Shown: positions 1 through 11,608 of the stretch, one piece after another
Position numbering within the stretch: position 1 is the first letter of the stretch
Layout: each line of letters opens with the position of its first letter
Source: Azolla caroliniana
Taxonomy: Eukaryota; Plantae; Polypodiophyta
Length of the DNA stretch: 64,000 bases
Assembly: GCA_043228905.1 (NCBI GenBank)
Contig: JBHGNT010000027.1
Coordinates: 248,001 to 312,000, forward strand
Reading direction: 5' to 3'
Notes under the pieces: model-generated
Databases searched by the model: none
The model's input: the letters and a program-made list of their open reading frames with translations, nothing else
What the model was told of the DNA's origin: nothing
Program-made: the position numbers and the translations under genes

Positions 1-246
1 AAGGGAAGGGAAGGGAAGGGAAGGGAAGGGAAGGGATCGGCCACAAACCGATTCGGTAAGTCCACAATCACATGAAGACAACCCCAATGAGCAATCCCCC
101 GTAGACCATCATTCAATGCTGCAGCCAACAGCGCCCACCACAACAAATGGGTCAGTCTGAGTCTATACGCCGCAAACAAACAAACAAACAAAGGACAGGC
201 GGGAAGCAGCAAAAAGAATGATTCTAAAATAATAAAGTTATTTCTA

Positions 247-2029
247 ATGTGTAATGATGTTATTTACAGATTATACACAAATAAAATGTATTATAATAAA
301 TTACTGCATTTATTAACAGGTAATGTAGAACCACAAAAATTCTTTAATTGTTGATTTGAGATATCATTTGGTATCGACTGGGGCTACAGCTGTTATCATG
401 CATTTATTAGGTTATATAATAGTCAATTTCTTCAGATCGGATGGTAGAAGTGCTATAACTGGCGGATTCAATAAATTTTACTACATACTCGGAATAAGTA
501 GTTTCACAAGTATTATTATTGTTTCACTATATGATAATTTGAAAGCTTTTATATATAAGTATTTTTCTTTGAAAAGTCTTACTAATTACATGCGAATATA
601 TGCACAAGTTTTTGTATTAGGTGTTATAACATGGTATTTAATAGCAGCAGCTTTGAATATCAATCAATAAATGATTTAATATCTTCCTGCTATAGATATA
701 TTGTTGATTATATCACCCCATCTCAGCAGGATGCTGTCAGCATACAACAACCCAACGTAACACATGAAAATAGTAGTGCTATTATAGAAAAAGAAGAACA
801 AGAAAAAGCTGCTAACAAGGTATGCAGCGAAGAAACGACAACTGCTTCTGATATACAGTCAAAAGCAGCTGTAAAAGAAGAAGAGGAAAACAGCGTGTCG
901 TAGCTACTACTAAATCATCGGGTGATGATGCAGCAGAAACGAGCAGTACGGTATCTTCCGCATTAGAAGAAGAACAACGAAAGGCTGATCCGGGTAGTAC
1001 TGCATGCAGTAGAATCAAACGATTCAACAACTAGTAGTAGTGTACCGATACATAAAGATAAGTATTTTTGGATTACGCTACTAATACCTGTAGTAGCTGT
1101 TATAATAGCATATACATTTGGCAAACGAGGTGGTGGTGGTGATGATGATGGTCCATTACCTTCTATAAGTGATTTTAATCCATTTTGAAATATGATGAAT
1201 TGGTTTTGGTATAGACCTGGAAGACTTGATTTACCAAATGCTTGCTGCTTTGCTGCTTTGGAGGTTATAGATCCTGTAAATTCAACAGGTAGAATAATGG
1301 AAAGTATCCACCTTGCTATAGAGTATATGCGTCATAACCATGATGGCTTTTACATGGCTCTTGAATATCCCCAACATATACCACTTATTTGAAAAGGATT
1401 CTTGTATTTAACTTGTTGCATAAGATTGGTACATGAGCGTTTTTTACGTGGCGATCGACTGGATGGTCGGCCTTCAAATGAATAAATTAACACTATCGTA
1501 GATTCACTACTTAATACTAATGTTGAAAATAATAATAATAATAATAATAATTCTTATTTACCGTTATATTACTATACTAGTGCTAGTGACATAAATGCTA
1601 ATTCATCATCTAATACAAATGTAATTGATGTGAATTTTTCGAACATCCAATTGGTTTTACTGTCCAGAGATTTCCAGATCTTGGTCTCGCAAGCAAGGTT
1701 GTTTACCTTTGATACTAATGTTAATATGGTGCGTGCACAGGAGTACTAGTATTAATGAAGATCTGTTCAGTGGATTGATATCAGGGTCTGTTGAAAATAT
1801 CAGTATCAGTGATAGAACCGATGCCGAAATACAAACCGGTCTTGGTATTGATGCCGAAACACAAACCGGTCTTGGTATTGATGCCGAAACACAAACTGAT
1901 AATAATCATGCTGATCAACAAAAAAAAACTGTACAAACTGATGTTTCCCGTTTTCATTCTAGTAGTTCTTCTTCAAGAATATATTTCTCTGCTAATGATG
2001 ATGATGATGATGTTGATGACGATCTTTAA
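247..2029 (+). pseudogene. AT-rich degraded unknown ORF (hydrophobic segments, acidic low-complexity tracts, GIDAETQT repeats)
   Basis: Protein-like frames 356-670, 631-903, ~1020-1190, 1192-1740 and 1709-2029 follow each other through frameshifts; visibly more AT-rich than the flanks. Confidence 0.4.
1820..1900 (+). repeat. 30-bp tandem repeat (~2.6 copies) encoding DAETQTGLGI
   Basis: Unit gatgccgaaacacaaaccggtcttggtatt seen directly. Confidence 0.9.
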
Positions 2030-2292
2030 TATTAACACAATCTTCTGCTGCTGGGTTAAAACAATACCACCACCTGCGTGTATAAAAGAAAAATAAATAA
2101 CAATAATAATAATAAAGTGTGTAGAGAAATTGGGTCTATGGATAGAGCTGAAACGCTCGCTGTGAACCAGACATCCATAAAAGGTAAACTTCTGTTTTGT
2201 TTTACCTCAAATTCAATTAAAAGGAACTATAACTAAAGGGAGTTTAGAGGCCATATGAATCTCTTCTAGGATCAAAAATGACTTGATTGAAT

Positions 2293-5200
2293 TTAAGAGA
2301 ATTTTCCATGTTACACCAAGTTACTTACGGAAGTATGCATACACTCCAGGAACACTTCAGGGTAAACACCCATCCGAATGGGTAGGGTCGAAGGTTCAGC
2401 ATTCAGGCCGTAACATTAGTTAAGCAGAACAAAAAAAAGATTTTTCACCCTAAATGCGTAGTAAAGTGCTCTCCGAACCGAGCTGGATAGTCTCCTCTCA
2501 CTCGGCTCACTAACCTGAACTTTCATTGTTACGGCTTCAGATATTTAAACCGCACGCAATTGTTGGATGGTTCCCAGCTTTTCGTATGGGGGTTCTCATA
2601 CGGCATAAGTGACAGAGTGGTATTTGTTTCCTTCTTGCCGTAATCACCATTTGTTTGACGAAATCGTTCGTGTGCGATCCCTTTATTATTATTGCGGTCG
2701 AGTGCCGGTATGTGGTACGCCTGCGGCTCTCGGCTCCGTCACAAGCGGCGCATACGTTCCGTAAGGCGGCGCGCGCTGTTCGGCCACGATCTGATCTCCA
2801 TTGTAGTTTTCTTCATGGATCTGGCACTTGCTAGGCCTGTATTGGATCTGGTACTCAATTCCTTGACAGTGGCTTTACTACGTTCGGTCGTAGTGTGTTC
2901 ACAATTCGTACAAACGGAACGTCTGGCATCGATTGCTTCTACAAGATCACCGGGCCTCTGCCGCCCAATCTCGTATGCGATGGTCGGTGGCCGATAGGCT
3001 TTGCTCCCTCTAGGGGCCGGTCCTCGCTCGCCAGCGGTTGCGGACGCTTCGCTAATCAATCTACAGTTCGATTTAGCAGCGAGAACGAAAGCCAGTAAGT
3101 ACCGTAGTGTAAGAGAAAGATACCCTGATGATATTTTGTCGCCTGTTTCCAGCAGCAAGGTAGTGGCGATTGGGATACGCTACGAAGAATAGACGCGACT
3201 CTTGATTCTCTGAAAAGGTGGATTTTGGAAATACTTGAGGAAGTTGTTTGGATCCTTATCACAAAACCCTCATTCTTTACCTCTATTATTTTTTCACGCA
3301 CGAATTCCGTTCCCTTTCATGACCCTTTGTTCTACCACATTCCTCCCATTCCATGAACTTTTGTTTCTTTCACTCTCGGAGTAGGCGCGAAGCCAGCCAG
3401 CCTTCCCGGCTTTACAGGTTTCGACTAGGGAAGTCTTTATATCAATCAAATTTTGGTTGGGTATCTCTCGCACACTTCCTTCTATGAACCTCGGGCTGTA
3501 AGTCACTTTCGAGAGTCTGTCCAAGAAGGCCTGGCTTTCCGTGATCGATACTATCGTGCGTGTTTACCGATACCTTCTCTCATACACTAAACGGTACCAC
3601 GGAGATCTCTACGTACTTGTCTTAGACAAGTATGCTGAGACCTTCCCAGCCCCCGTGGAAGCGGCAAAGGCTGCAGGGCGAAGCAGATTGCTCTAAGAAA
3701 AGAAGGGTTCGCACCTGCGGCCTGTACAAGTCTGTCTTAGAATTATGGTATGCTAAAGGGCATAGCAGCAAGCGCCTACAGCTAGATTTGGGAATGCAAG
3801 GGGGGCGGGGCGGGGCGGGGCGGGGCGGGGCGGGGCGGGCGAGAGATCCCGCTATGCTTTCTTTGCGGCATGATACTACGGAATCAAGGCCGCAGGTCCA
3901 GCAGTATTTTCACGAAGATGCCGTCTATAGTGGTTCCCTCGAGCCCAGCCCTTGGTCGTCATTGACCTGAGATTAGGTGCTAGTTTTTCATAGGCAGCAA
4001 TCCGTCATATATCTATGTCCCATCGAAATGGTCTTTCGACCTTCGCTCGATCTCGACAGCTTAGATCCCATAAGACACGTAGTTGTTGTTCCATTGTCGT
4101 CAAAGCCTCGAGCTTTAATCCATCCGGACCTGGAGTCAATTTTCTCGTGTCATTCAAGTGTACAACGTCCATCAATGATAGTTCATTAATGTCCATTGAT
4201 TTAGACTCCTTCTCCGCCACCTTATACAAATAAGATCGATAGGGGTCGGGCCTTTCATTTGAGGGCCCCTGTTCCCTAGCCCTCACAACGAACCACCGTA
4301 CGGAAGCCTTTCGACTCGTACGGCTCGCCCTCTCAGATCTAGACCCTGGCATTACCAGTTAGGTCTTTACCCGTTGTTCTGCCACGGCGAGGCCCAGTCT
4401 AGCTTGCGTGTGGAGTGGCGTACAGATTTGTTAAGGAAATGTCCGTTGCCTTAGTAGAGAACAGTACAATCCTGGACTGGCCCTCTTTGTATTAACCGCT
4501 AAGGTCTATGTCGTCACTACGAGCGAGGCCTCTGAACTCTTCAAGGACGCCGTCAAAGAAGGGGATGATTGGCCCCGACTTTTGAAACTACTAGGTTTTC
4601 CTTTTTAGTGAGAGCTATGCGGCCCTTGCTTTTCATGCGGAAAAAAGAAGAAACCTTGCTTGGCTTGCCAAAGTAAGCTCAGCAGTCAGCCTACGGGCGC
4701 ACGGTAAGGTGTTTGGCTTTTTTTTGCCGGATCTAGAGAGATACTACGAGTCCCCCGCCCCAGATTCCCGAATCCGCGGTTATCTAGTTCGCCGGTACTA
4801 CCAAAAACTCTGATGCTTACGTTACCGAACTAGTAGTGTCAGTCCGAACGGCCGGCGGAAAACCCAGTTGTGCTTTTAGCATCGGCTCCGTATCGAAGTT
4901 GGAAACTCCCCGTGCTCTGCCATAAATGCTTGGAGTCCATATTTATTATGGTGGAGATAATGCTGTGATAGAATTGATTGCTCAATAACCTAACCGAGCG
5001 CGCGTTCGAGTCATTGGCTCGTCCAACCTCGCATTCATGAGTAACCCATTCAACTGTCTTTCGGAGACACGGTCGGAAAGTGAGGGCCGAAAGTGGCTGG
5101 CCTCGCTCTTTCCTTTCGCAACAGGCTATGTTCCCTATTTATTAAGGTAAGTTGCCTCCGTCTCATCGCGAGCACCTACAATGTTGTGATTACATTGTTT

Positions 5201-8200
5201 AGTAATACATTTACTTGGTGGTTTAACGGTCGCCTCTCCAGGAATGGAAGGTAAAAATGTTAGAACTTCTCTTCTATTCAAATCGGAGAATTTATGGAGG
5301 AATTTGGGTTTCGAATTCCCAAAAACCACACGATTATATAGCCAAAGAGGATAGGCTGCGCCTAAAATCATCCCAAGTGCCGCCGATGTGGCCACTAAGC
5401 TATTTTTTTAAGAAGCTCCCACTAGAATAGGAAATTCCCCAATGGAGCTGCTAGTGCCGGGTAAACTCATATTAGCTGGAGTAGAAAGTAATGGAATGGT
5501 GAAGAAATTTAGCATGGTGCTTGCTAGACCTCCGTAATACCTAACAGGTCGGGTCTTATATCAGTCGTATGGAGCACCAACGCATGAGAAAAGGGCTAAA
5601 AGAACCAGTCCATAACTTGACGTGGGTAAAATGCTACCTTCAATTCCCTATATGTTTGATAGAGTGAAATCTTCTCCCCGAGTACGCCGATTCCTCCCTG
5701 AACCGTACGAGGTAGTTACCTATCATACGGCTCTCTAACTCCACTTATTGGGTTGTTCTGCTTCCAATCGATGGTAGTACCTGAGATCTGTTACTGAAAT
5801 GAACCCCTTTGAACATAAAGCCGCCCGCTTTCTATTCATGGTTGGCATGTATCCTTCCGAAATCGGCACCCGTCCGCCTAAAGAGAGAAAGCGTGTAGTG
5901 CTTTCCCGGGCGGGGCCGGAGGCCCTCTGAACCGAAGGTTCTCTAGAAAACCTTTTTCCCGAGAAAAGAAAAGTGCTCCCGATGATGCGTAAGGCTGCGG
6001 ACTTACTAAATAAAGGGTCTGGAACCGGATACGATAACGGCGTATCCTGAAAGCAAGCCTCTAACTCGAATAGGATTGTGCCGTCAATGGCCTTCCCATC
6101 AGGAGGGAGAGGAGGGCCAGGTGTCCGCCTGTATTATTTTTTTTGGCTTACTCTTGGGTGGACAGTAACCTATGAACCTATGTTACATGGAAAGCCGGAC
6201 TGTGGCATGTAGTTTTATTGTTGTTACGAGGGCTGGAAACCAACCGGTTCGCACAAGTATCAATCCCATTCTGTGTGGTGGCAGACACATCCGCTAGGGG
6301 ATCCGTGGAGATTGGCTCCGCGCGCAAATGGCGGCCGGGTGAAGCCGGCGTGGAGTAAGATCTGCTGCGAGGGTCATGCAGATACATAGGCCCCTTCCCT
6401 TCCGCCGAATCGTTCAGCGCTTTCCGCCGTTCGCACGGTCCTTTAGTGGGAGTTGGGCAGGTGCTATGGGCTTCTGACTTCCAGCTACGCGCCCCTTGCA
6501 AAGCAGCGAATGGAGGCTGATAGTATTTTAAACGCGTTCAAAATACTGAAAATCTTTTTAGCGACATGAATAAAAAGAATAAATTCATTCGTGAAAGAAT
6601 GAATGAAGGGTTCGCCGCTCAGCTGAATCTCGCCGGTGTCACCTATAGGCTGCGACGCCTAGAGTTGTCGTTTGTGCACCCCACCCGTCCCCAATGAAAT
6701 GAGTAATCCACTCCCTTGCCAATTGTGGCCTTAGCACTTAGTCTCGATGGCTGGCGGGGAGTGTAACAGCTTATGTTCGCGCGTCTTCCCACGCGTACTG
6801 GACACGTGTCAGCTGTAGGAAGTATTGTTCCGGAAACGACTCCAATTCGCCAATTCAGGCTCAACTCGCTTGACGTTAGCGGACTTGCATGATACTATCG
6901 GGCAATCCGGGAAGATGGCGAGGGAAGAGAATGCGTTAAGGCTGTGAACTTTGAGTTTTCCTCTCTGAGCCCAGAGAACGCTATGCATTTTTCAGGGGCT
7001 TTAGCCACTCAACCGAAGGGAAGAGGGTAAACTGATTCTTACTCTGTAGAGCCGTGCTGCGCATTTTCGTTCGTAGAGCTAGCGAAGTCCCCTCACCTAC
7101 TCTACTCTCCTTGCCGCCTTTTGATGAGAAAAGTAGAAAATGAAACAACGCCGCCTCTAAGGCCCCGCATCCAGCACAAGTACTTCCTGCTAAATTCAAT
7201 CAAGCTGCTTCTACGACATGCTACGCTTTCTGTCCTATGGTTAGAAGGTTAATTGGTCGCACGTCCGGCATACAGGTTTTTTTTGGCCTTGCGTGTTCAT
7301 AACTTAACTATAGGTGACCTTACGGCCGCCCGACTAGACATACCAATAGTTACAAAATTCATATAGGCTACTAAAGGGTAGGCAATAATCTTTTTCAGAT
7401 CAATTTATCTTATAGTAGTCAGGAGAGTGTATATAATAGCAATCACGCTTAGAGTATAAATAAAAAGAGTAAAATAAAGTATCACTCCAGGAAACATGAG
7501 TACAGAAAATCTTAAAAAACCATAGGTTCCCAGTTTTAAAAAAATTCCTGCCAAGATTACAAATCCAGCTGTAAGTACCTCTACATGAGCTTCGGGTAAC
7601 CAAATATGAACTGGTACCATAGGCACTTTTACAGAGAAAGAAGCGAAAAAGGCGAGCCATAGCAAGATTTAGCGCCATTCACTAGACTCTGTGGTTAATA
7701 ATATATGCAAATCGATAGTTCCCGTCTGAAAGAAAATCAATAAGATAGCTAAGAGCATGAAGACAGATCCAAGCAAGGTATATAAGAGAAACTAATGTGC
7801 CGCTCATATTTTTCTTTATCTAGAACCCCATACCCCTATAATAATAAACATAAAGATTAACACGCTTTCGAAAAAAACATAAAAAAGTAAAATATCCAGC
7901 ATGCGAGACACAGCAATCGTAAAAGATTCACCAATTGAAAATGCTATTATATACTCTTTCTTAAAACTTTCGATACTGGACCAACCTACTAAAATGCAAA
8001 TGGAAACTGAAGACATGGTCGAGACTGCTAAAGATAGGAGAGTACCGTCTATACCTATGATGAAATTGATGTTTGAATGGGGAAGCCATCAAATAGTTTC
8101 CGCAAATTAAAATTTGGCTGTAGAATTATCGGATCATGTCCGAAAAACTGAAAAATACGAGAAAATCATCAAAAAAGCGCACAGACCAGTGATTCATATC

Positions 8201-8298
8201 CGTCATATTCCGAAATCGAGAAAAACCGAAGAAATAATGCTTCCCAACGGAGAACATAGGGTGAGACCACTGAGATGGGATTCCGCTAATAACATCAT
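2293..8298 (-). CDS. nad4: NADH dehydrogenase subunit 4; exons 8298-7332, 5658-5236, 2381-2293
   Basis: Hand translation gives Nad4 motifs ([52 protein letters not shown]). Exon 2 (423 nt) and exon 3 (89 nt) fit intron sites i976/i1399. Internal stops fall at Gln/Arg positions (U-to-C editing). Confidence 0.95.
2560..4238 (-). pseudogene. degenerate group II intron RT/maturase/HNH endonuclease in nad4i1399
   Basis: Frameshifted remnants: [12 protein letters not shown] and GTTIDG (RT0-like), IPKS (RT1-like), DSIDH (RT3-like), and [17 protein letters not shown] (En domain) just before domain V. Confidence 0.75.
4239..4702 (-). mobile_element. internal group II intron nested in domain IV of nad4i1399 (twintron candidate, probably degenerate)
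   Basis: 5' GTGCGCCCG at 4702; second domain V-like GAGCCGTACGAGTCGAAAGGCTTCCGTACGGTGGTTC at ~4290-4327; domain VI-like GGGC...GCCCGACCCCTAT ending at 4239. Confidence 0.7.
5659..7331 (-). other. group II intron nad4i976
   Basis: Starts GGGCG; domain V GAGCCGTATGATAGGTAACTACCTCGTACGGTTC near 5700-5735; ends ...CTCTAT; splicing restores the frame. Confidence 0.93.
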
Positions 8299-8339
8299 CT
8301 TTTAATTTAATAAGTCTGTTCGGTTTTTTCCCTTTTTCT

Positions 8340-8363
8340 CTCTCCTCCATATGCATGGGAGTT
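8340..8363 (-). promoter_or_regulatory. conserved 5' leader motif upstream of nad4 (same copy at 23745-23768 for cox2)
   Basis: AACTCCCATGCATATGGAGGAGAG, 65 nt before the nad4 ATG. Confidence 0.5.
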
Positions 8364-9586
8364 AAAGGTTGGTTCTTCAACAAGTCGCAGCAATGCAATG
8401 CAATGCAATGCAATGAAGGCCTTCGCTTTGTCTCGTCGACCGCAAACAAAGCGGCGATGGGCTGGCTTTCCGCGTTTCCGTAAAGAAAATCGAAAGAACT
8501 CTGATTGATTCTTATTCGTAGTTGGGATGCAGGGATAGATTTATTTCTTCCTCGAAGAACCGTACGAACGATTAGGCCGCTGCGATTTCCACACGCAGAC
8601 ACGCGGATTCAGCATGAAGGGCGGGCGATTTATTCCCCGATCGAACGAATGAATGAATGAATGAATAGGGTGTCGTTCGCAATGACAAGGAACGTTAGCT
8701 GGAAACGCGGTCAACTAACGGGCACAAGTGCAATATTTTCATTTTGGTGTGACTCTTGGTTGGAGAAGGCCACACCACAGTTGGTCTCTTCTCCATAAGC
8801 CGGACCGCCAACGTCAAGGCGAGATCACATTGGTCCAGTCCCCGCATAGCCAGTGGAAGGGTGAGGTGCATCCACTCAGATAGCATGGGGAGGTCGAATG
8901 ACTGCGGCCACGTCAATCCGCTTCTTTTCTTTTCTTGTTGGGCCGCTAGCAATTGTCTAGCTTCTGCTACCAACTCCCCCATCGGGCCGTCTGACTTTAC
9001 CGTAGCCGATAAGTAGCGTTAATCGTCTTCATCGCGCTGATGAAGCAGCGGGTTCATCCACCACCTTGGTTCTTCCCCGCAAGCAACTTCCGCCGTATTA
9101 TCCATAGCTGTTCATCAAGAAGGCCTAGAGTTAGTTTTCCGATAAGATTCAAGCTACAATTTCAAACAGCACCTTTTCTTCATGAAGCGCAAGAAAACTG
9201 CACTGCGGAAGAAGAAGAAGCGGTAAAAAGTGTAATATAAATGGCTACCAAAGTTCTTCTTTTGAACTTTCAAGAAGGCCTGAATATTCATGGATTATTA
9301 TACGATAATCTTTAATGCGGCTCAGATTGCGGAAAGAATTGAATGCTGGAATTTCGAAATTCCGTTGGTAAAATTCAGAAGGATCATGCAAGAAGGCAAT
9401 ATCATCTTCTGGCCATAATCTGCGAATCCAGCAAAGCAAAGCAAAGCAGCACTTTTCTTTTCACTTTAAACCGAGCCGGCGGCAATCTTGATGAATCACT
9501 GGCAAGAAGATGCTTTGCACTTTTCTTTCCACTTTAAAGCAGCAATCTTTTCACTCGGAAATGGCAAAAGAGCTTGGAAGAAGAAT

Positions 9587-9657
9587 AGGCTAGGGACGGA
9601 GTCGAACCGTCATTCCAGGATTTGCAGTCCAATACATTGCCATTATGTTACCCAGCC
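9587..9657 (-). tRNA. trnC: tRNA-Cys(GCA)
   Basis: GGCTGGG acceptor stem, anticodon loop CTGCAAA, T-arm GGTTCGACTCC. Confidence 0.95.
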
Positions 9658-9863
9658 AGCAGAACGTTTTTCCCGCTTAAATGAAGAGAGGCGGGACTCT
9701 CATTTAAGGGGGGTGACCTTAGGCCACCCTTTGAAATAATCTAAAGCCTTACAATCAATTTCTGCGATGCCATAAAATGTGAACCAACGACAACGATTTT
9801 GGGCAAAATAAGAATTAGTGATTGAAAAAGACCCGCAGCTTGCTTGTGAAGCCGACCAGCGTA

Positions 9864-10014
9864 CTGCCAACACGACTTGTTTATGCCTATTAAAGAACCT
9901 TTTAATGCTAATTCACAGAAAACTATACGAAGCATACAAAATAACTAATATACGAAACGGAAGCGACCGATGGAAATACGTCAGTTTCTTACTCATGTAA
10001 ATAAACTATTTCTT
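9864..10014 (-). pseudogene. rps14: 5'-truncated rps14 copy downstream of rps1
   Basis: RIVFCELALKGSLIGINKSCW C-terminus, cut at the repeat boundary. Confidence 0.85.
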
Positions 10015-10065
10015 GCTGCTGTTGGTGCTTAGGAAGAGACTGCTGGTTAGGGGGCGGCTTTCGAT

Positions 10066-10945
10066 TCAATGGTGCTTTTTCTTTTCTGAAACTAGCGCAG
10101 CACGAATCTCTTCTTTTACCGCAATATTACGCTTTATTGGGTTCGTGTTCAGAATTCTGGATGTCCTACTTCTGCAGAATGTCTCATTTCTGCTTCTGCG
10201 AAACTTTAGACCTTTGTTTCCAAATTTCCCACTTCTGCTTTTATTCTTGTGGAACCTAAATTTTCTACTTTTGTAAAATTTCTTCTTTTTGTGGAACCTC
10301 TCACTCTCATTTTTGCGAAAGGGACTCCTGAAAAGGAAAGCCACGAACCCTGCAGTAACTGCGGCATACCCACCCTTCATTAAATTGAAAATCAACCCTT
10401 TGACCTTGTCGCGGTCACGCCAAATCTTGGTTAGTTCAATCCGAACTATTTTCTTGTTCAATGGTTTTGACAAAATAATTTCCGGTTTACGTGGTTCTGG
10501 CAAAATAATTTTTGGTTCACGAAGCTCTTCCACTTTTTCCAGATTCGAATCTTCGATCCCAACAGAATTAAACTTTGCTTACTTGGTGATTGGCGCTCTT
10601 GCTGTCACTTCATGTTTTAAAAGGATTACAGGAGTTTTCAGTCCTGTATTCACCAAGATCATATTCTGCGGGTGTAACAGTTTGATTAAACCTCTGTCCC
10701 CATCATGACTTTTGTCCCTGTATTATAATGGTTTCACTGAATATTATAGAGCGCCTTCACGTAGTAAAGTGGGACTAGAATTATACAGTTAACCTAAGCC
10801 GCACCATTACTGCTGGGGCTTGGCTCCCGAACCGTGCATGAGCTATAGGCCTCACACGGCTCTTCCCGTCATGCTGGCATCTCCTCCCCGTATTTAGCTA
10901 TGACGGAAGGCGTTTCGAGTTATGGTATGATTTCACTCCAAATTG

Positions 10946-10976
<31 letters not shown>

Positions 10977-11608
10977 TTAGGACGGTGATTTAACGCGAGT
11001 TTGAATACCTTACGTATGATTCGCTGTCATCTACGATCCAATTTGAAGAAGTTAATGGGTCCCCGTGTCAGCTCTGGAGCTTGGTGAAGAATCCTATTTC
11101 CAAGAGCATACAGCCTGGCGGGCCTTCCGTTTCCGGAGCTTCATGGGCGTTGCCCCGTTCCCCAACCAGATGCTTGGATGTGAGCTATACTCCGTAAGGG
11201 ATGCCGCGAGCGTAGATGGTCTGTCTCAGACAGAAGAGCCATCGATAACTTACTTTTCTCGGGCGTCAAGGGATGCTCAATGACAATCCCCAAGTTGTCA
11301 CTGCCTTGCTCCCTCCCGCTATTACGATAACGAGTCCCGTGGTCAGCACCGTCGATTGGGCCACGAAGCTTACACTCATTCATTGTTCGTCCTGCGCCCC
11401 GGGCCTTTTGCTTTTGCAGTTTCGAAGGTAGCCGCCCTTCCATCAAGGCCTGGGAGTCAACTGAACATCTCAGCTACTGGCGGAAAAGATCGGCGATCTC
11501 TTTTTGTCCGCTTTTGGTTGAAGTTCACGTTATTAATAGCGTGAGCCGTTTTGCAGATATTGCTTAGGGCTAACAGATCACACTGGGGAATAATTAACCA
11601 AAGCTCGT
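10066..11608 (-). CDS. rps1: ribosomal protein S1; exons 11608-11584, 10787-10066 (true stop uncertain)
   Basis: ACG start, MSFG(Q)LFP; NTGLKTPV, IELTKIWR, KGGYAAVTAG. Confidence 0.88.
10788..11583 (-). other. group II intron rps1i25
   Basis: Inserted after nt 25; GTGTG start; domain V GAGCCGTGTGAGGCCTATAGCTCATGCACGGTTC; AAC end. Confidence 0.92.

Larger units (their letters stand above)
2382..5235 (-). other. group II intron nad4i1399 (host of a nested intron and a maturase relic)
   Basis: Starts AGGCG; domain V GAGCCGAGTGAGAGGAGACTATCCAGCTCGGTTC near 2475-2508; ends ...GACCCTAC before the last nad4 exon. Confidence 0.9.
8311..10014 (+). repeat. 1.7-kb direct repeat, copy 1 (copy 2 at 23716-25419; partial copy at 41814-42653)
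   Basis: Identical ORF translations at offset 15405; both boundaries read by eye. Confidence 0.95.
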
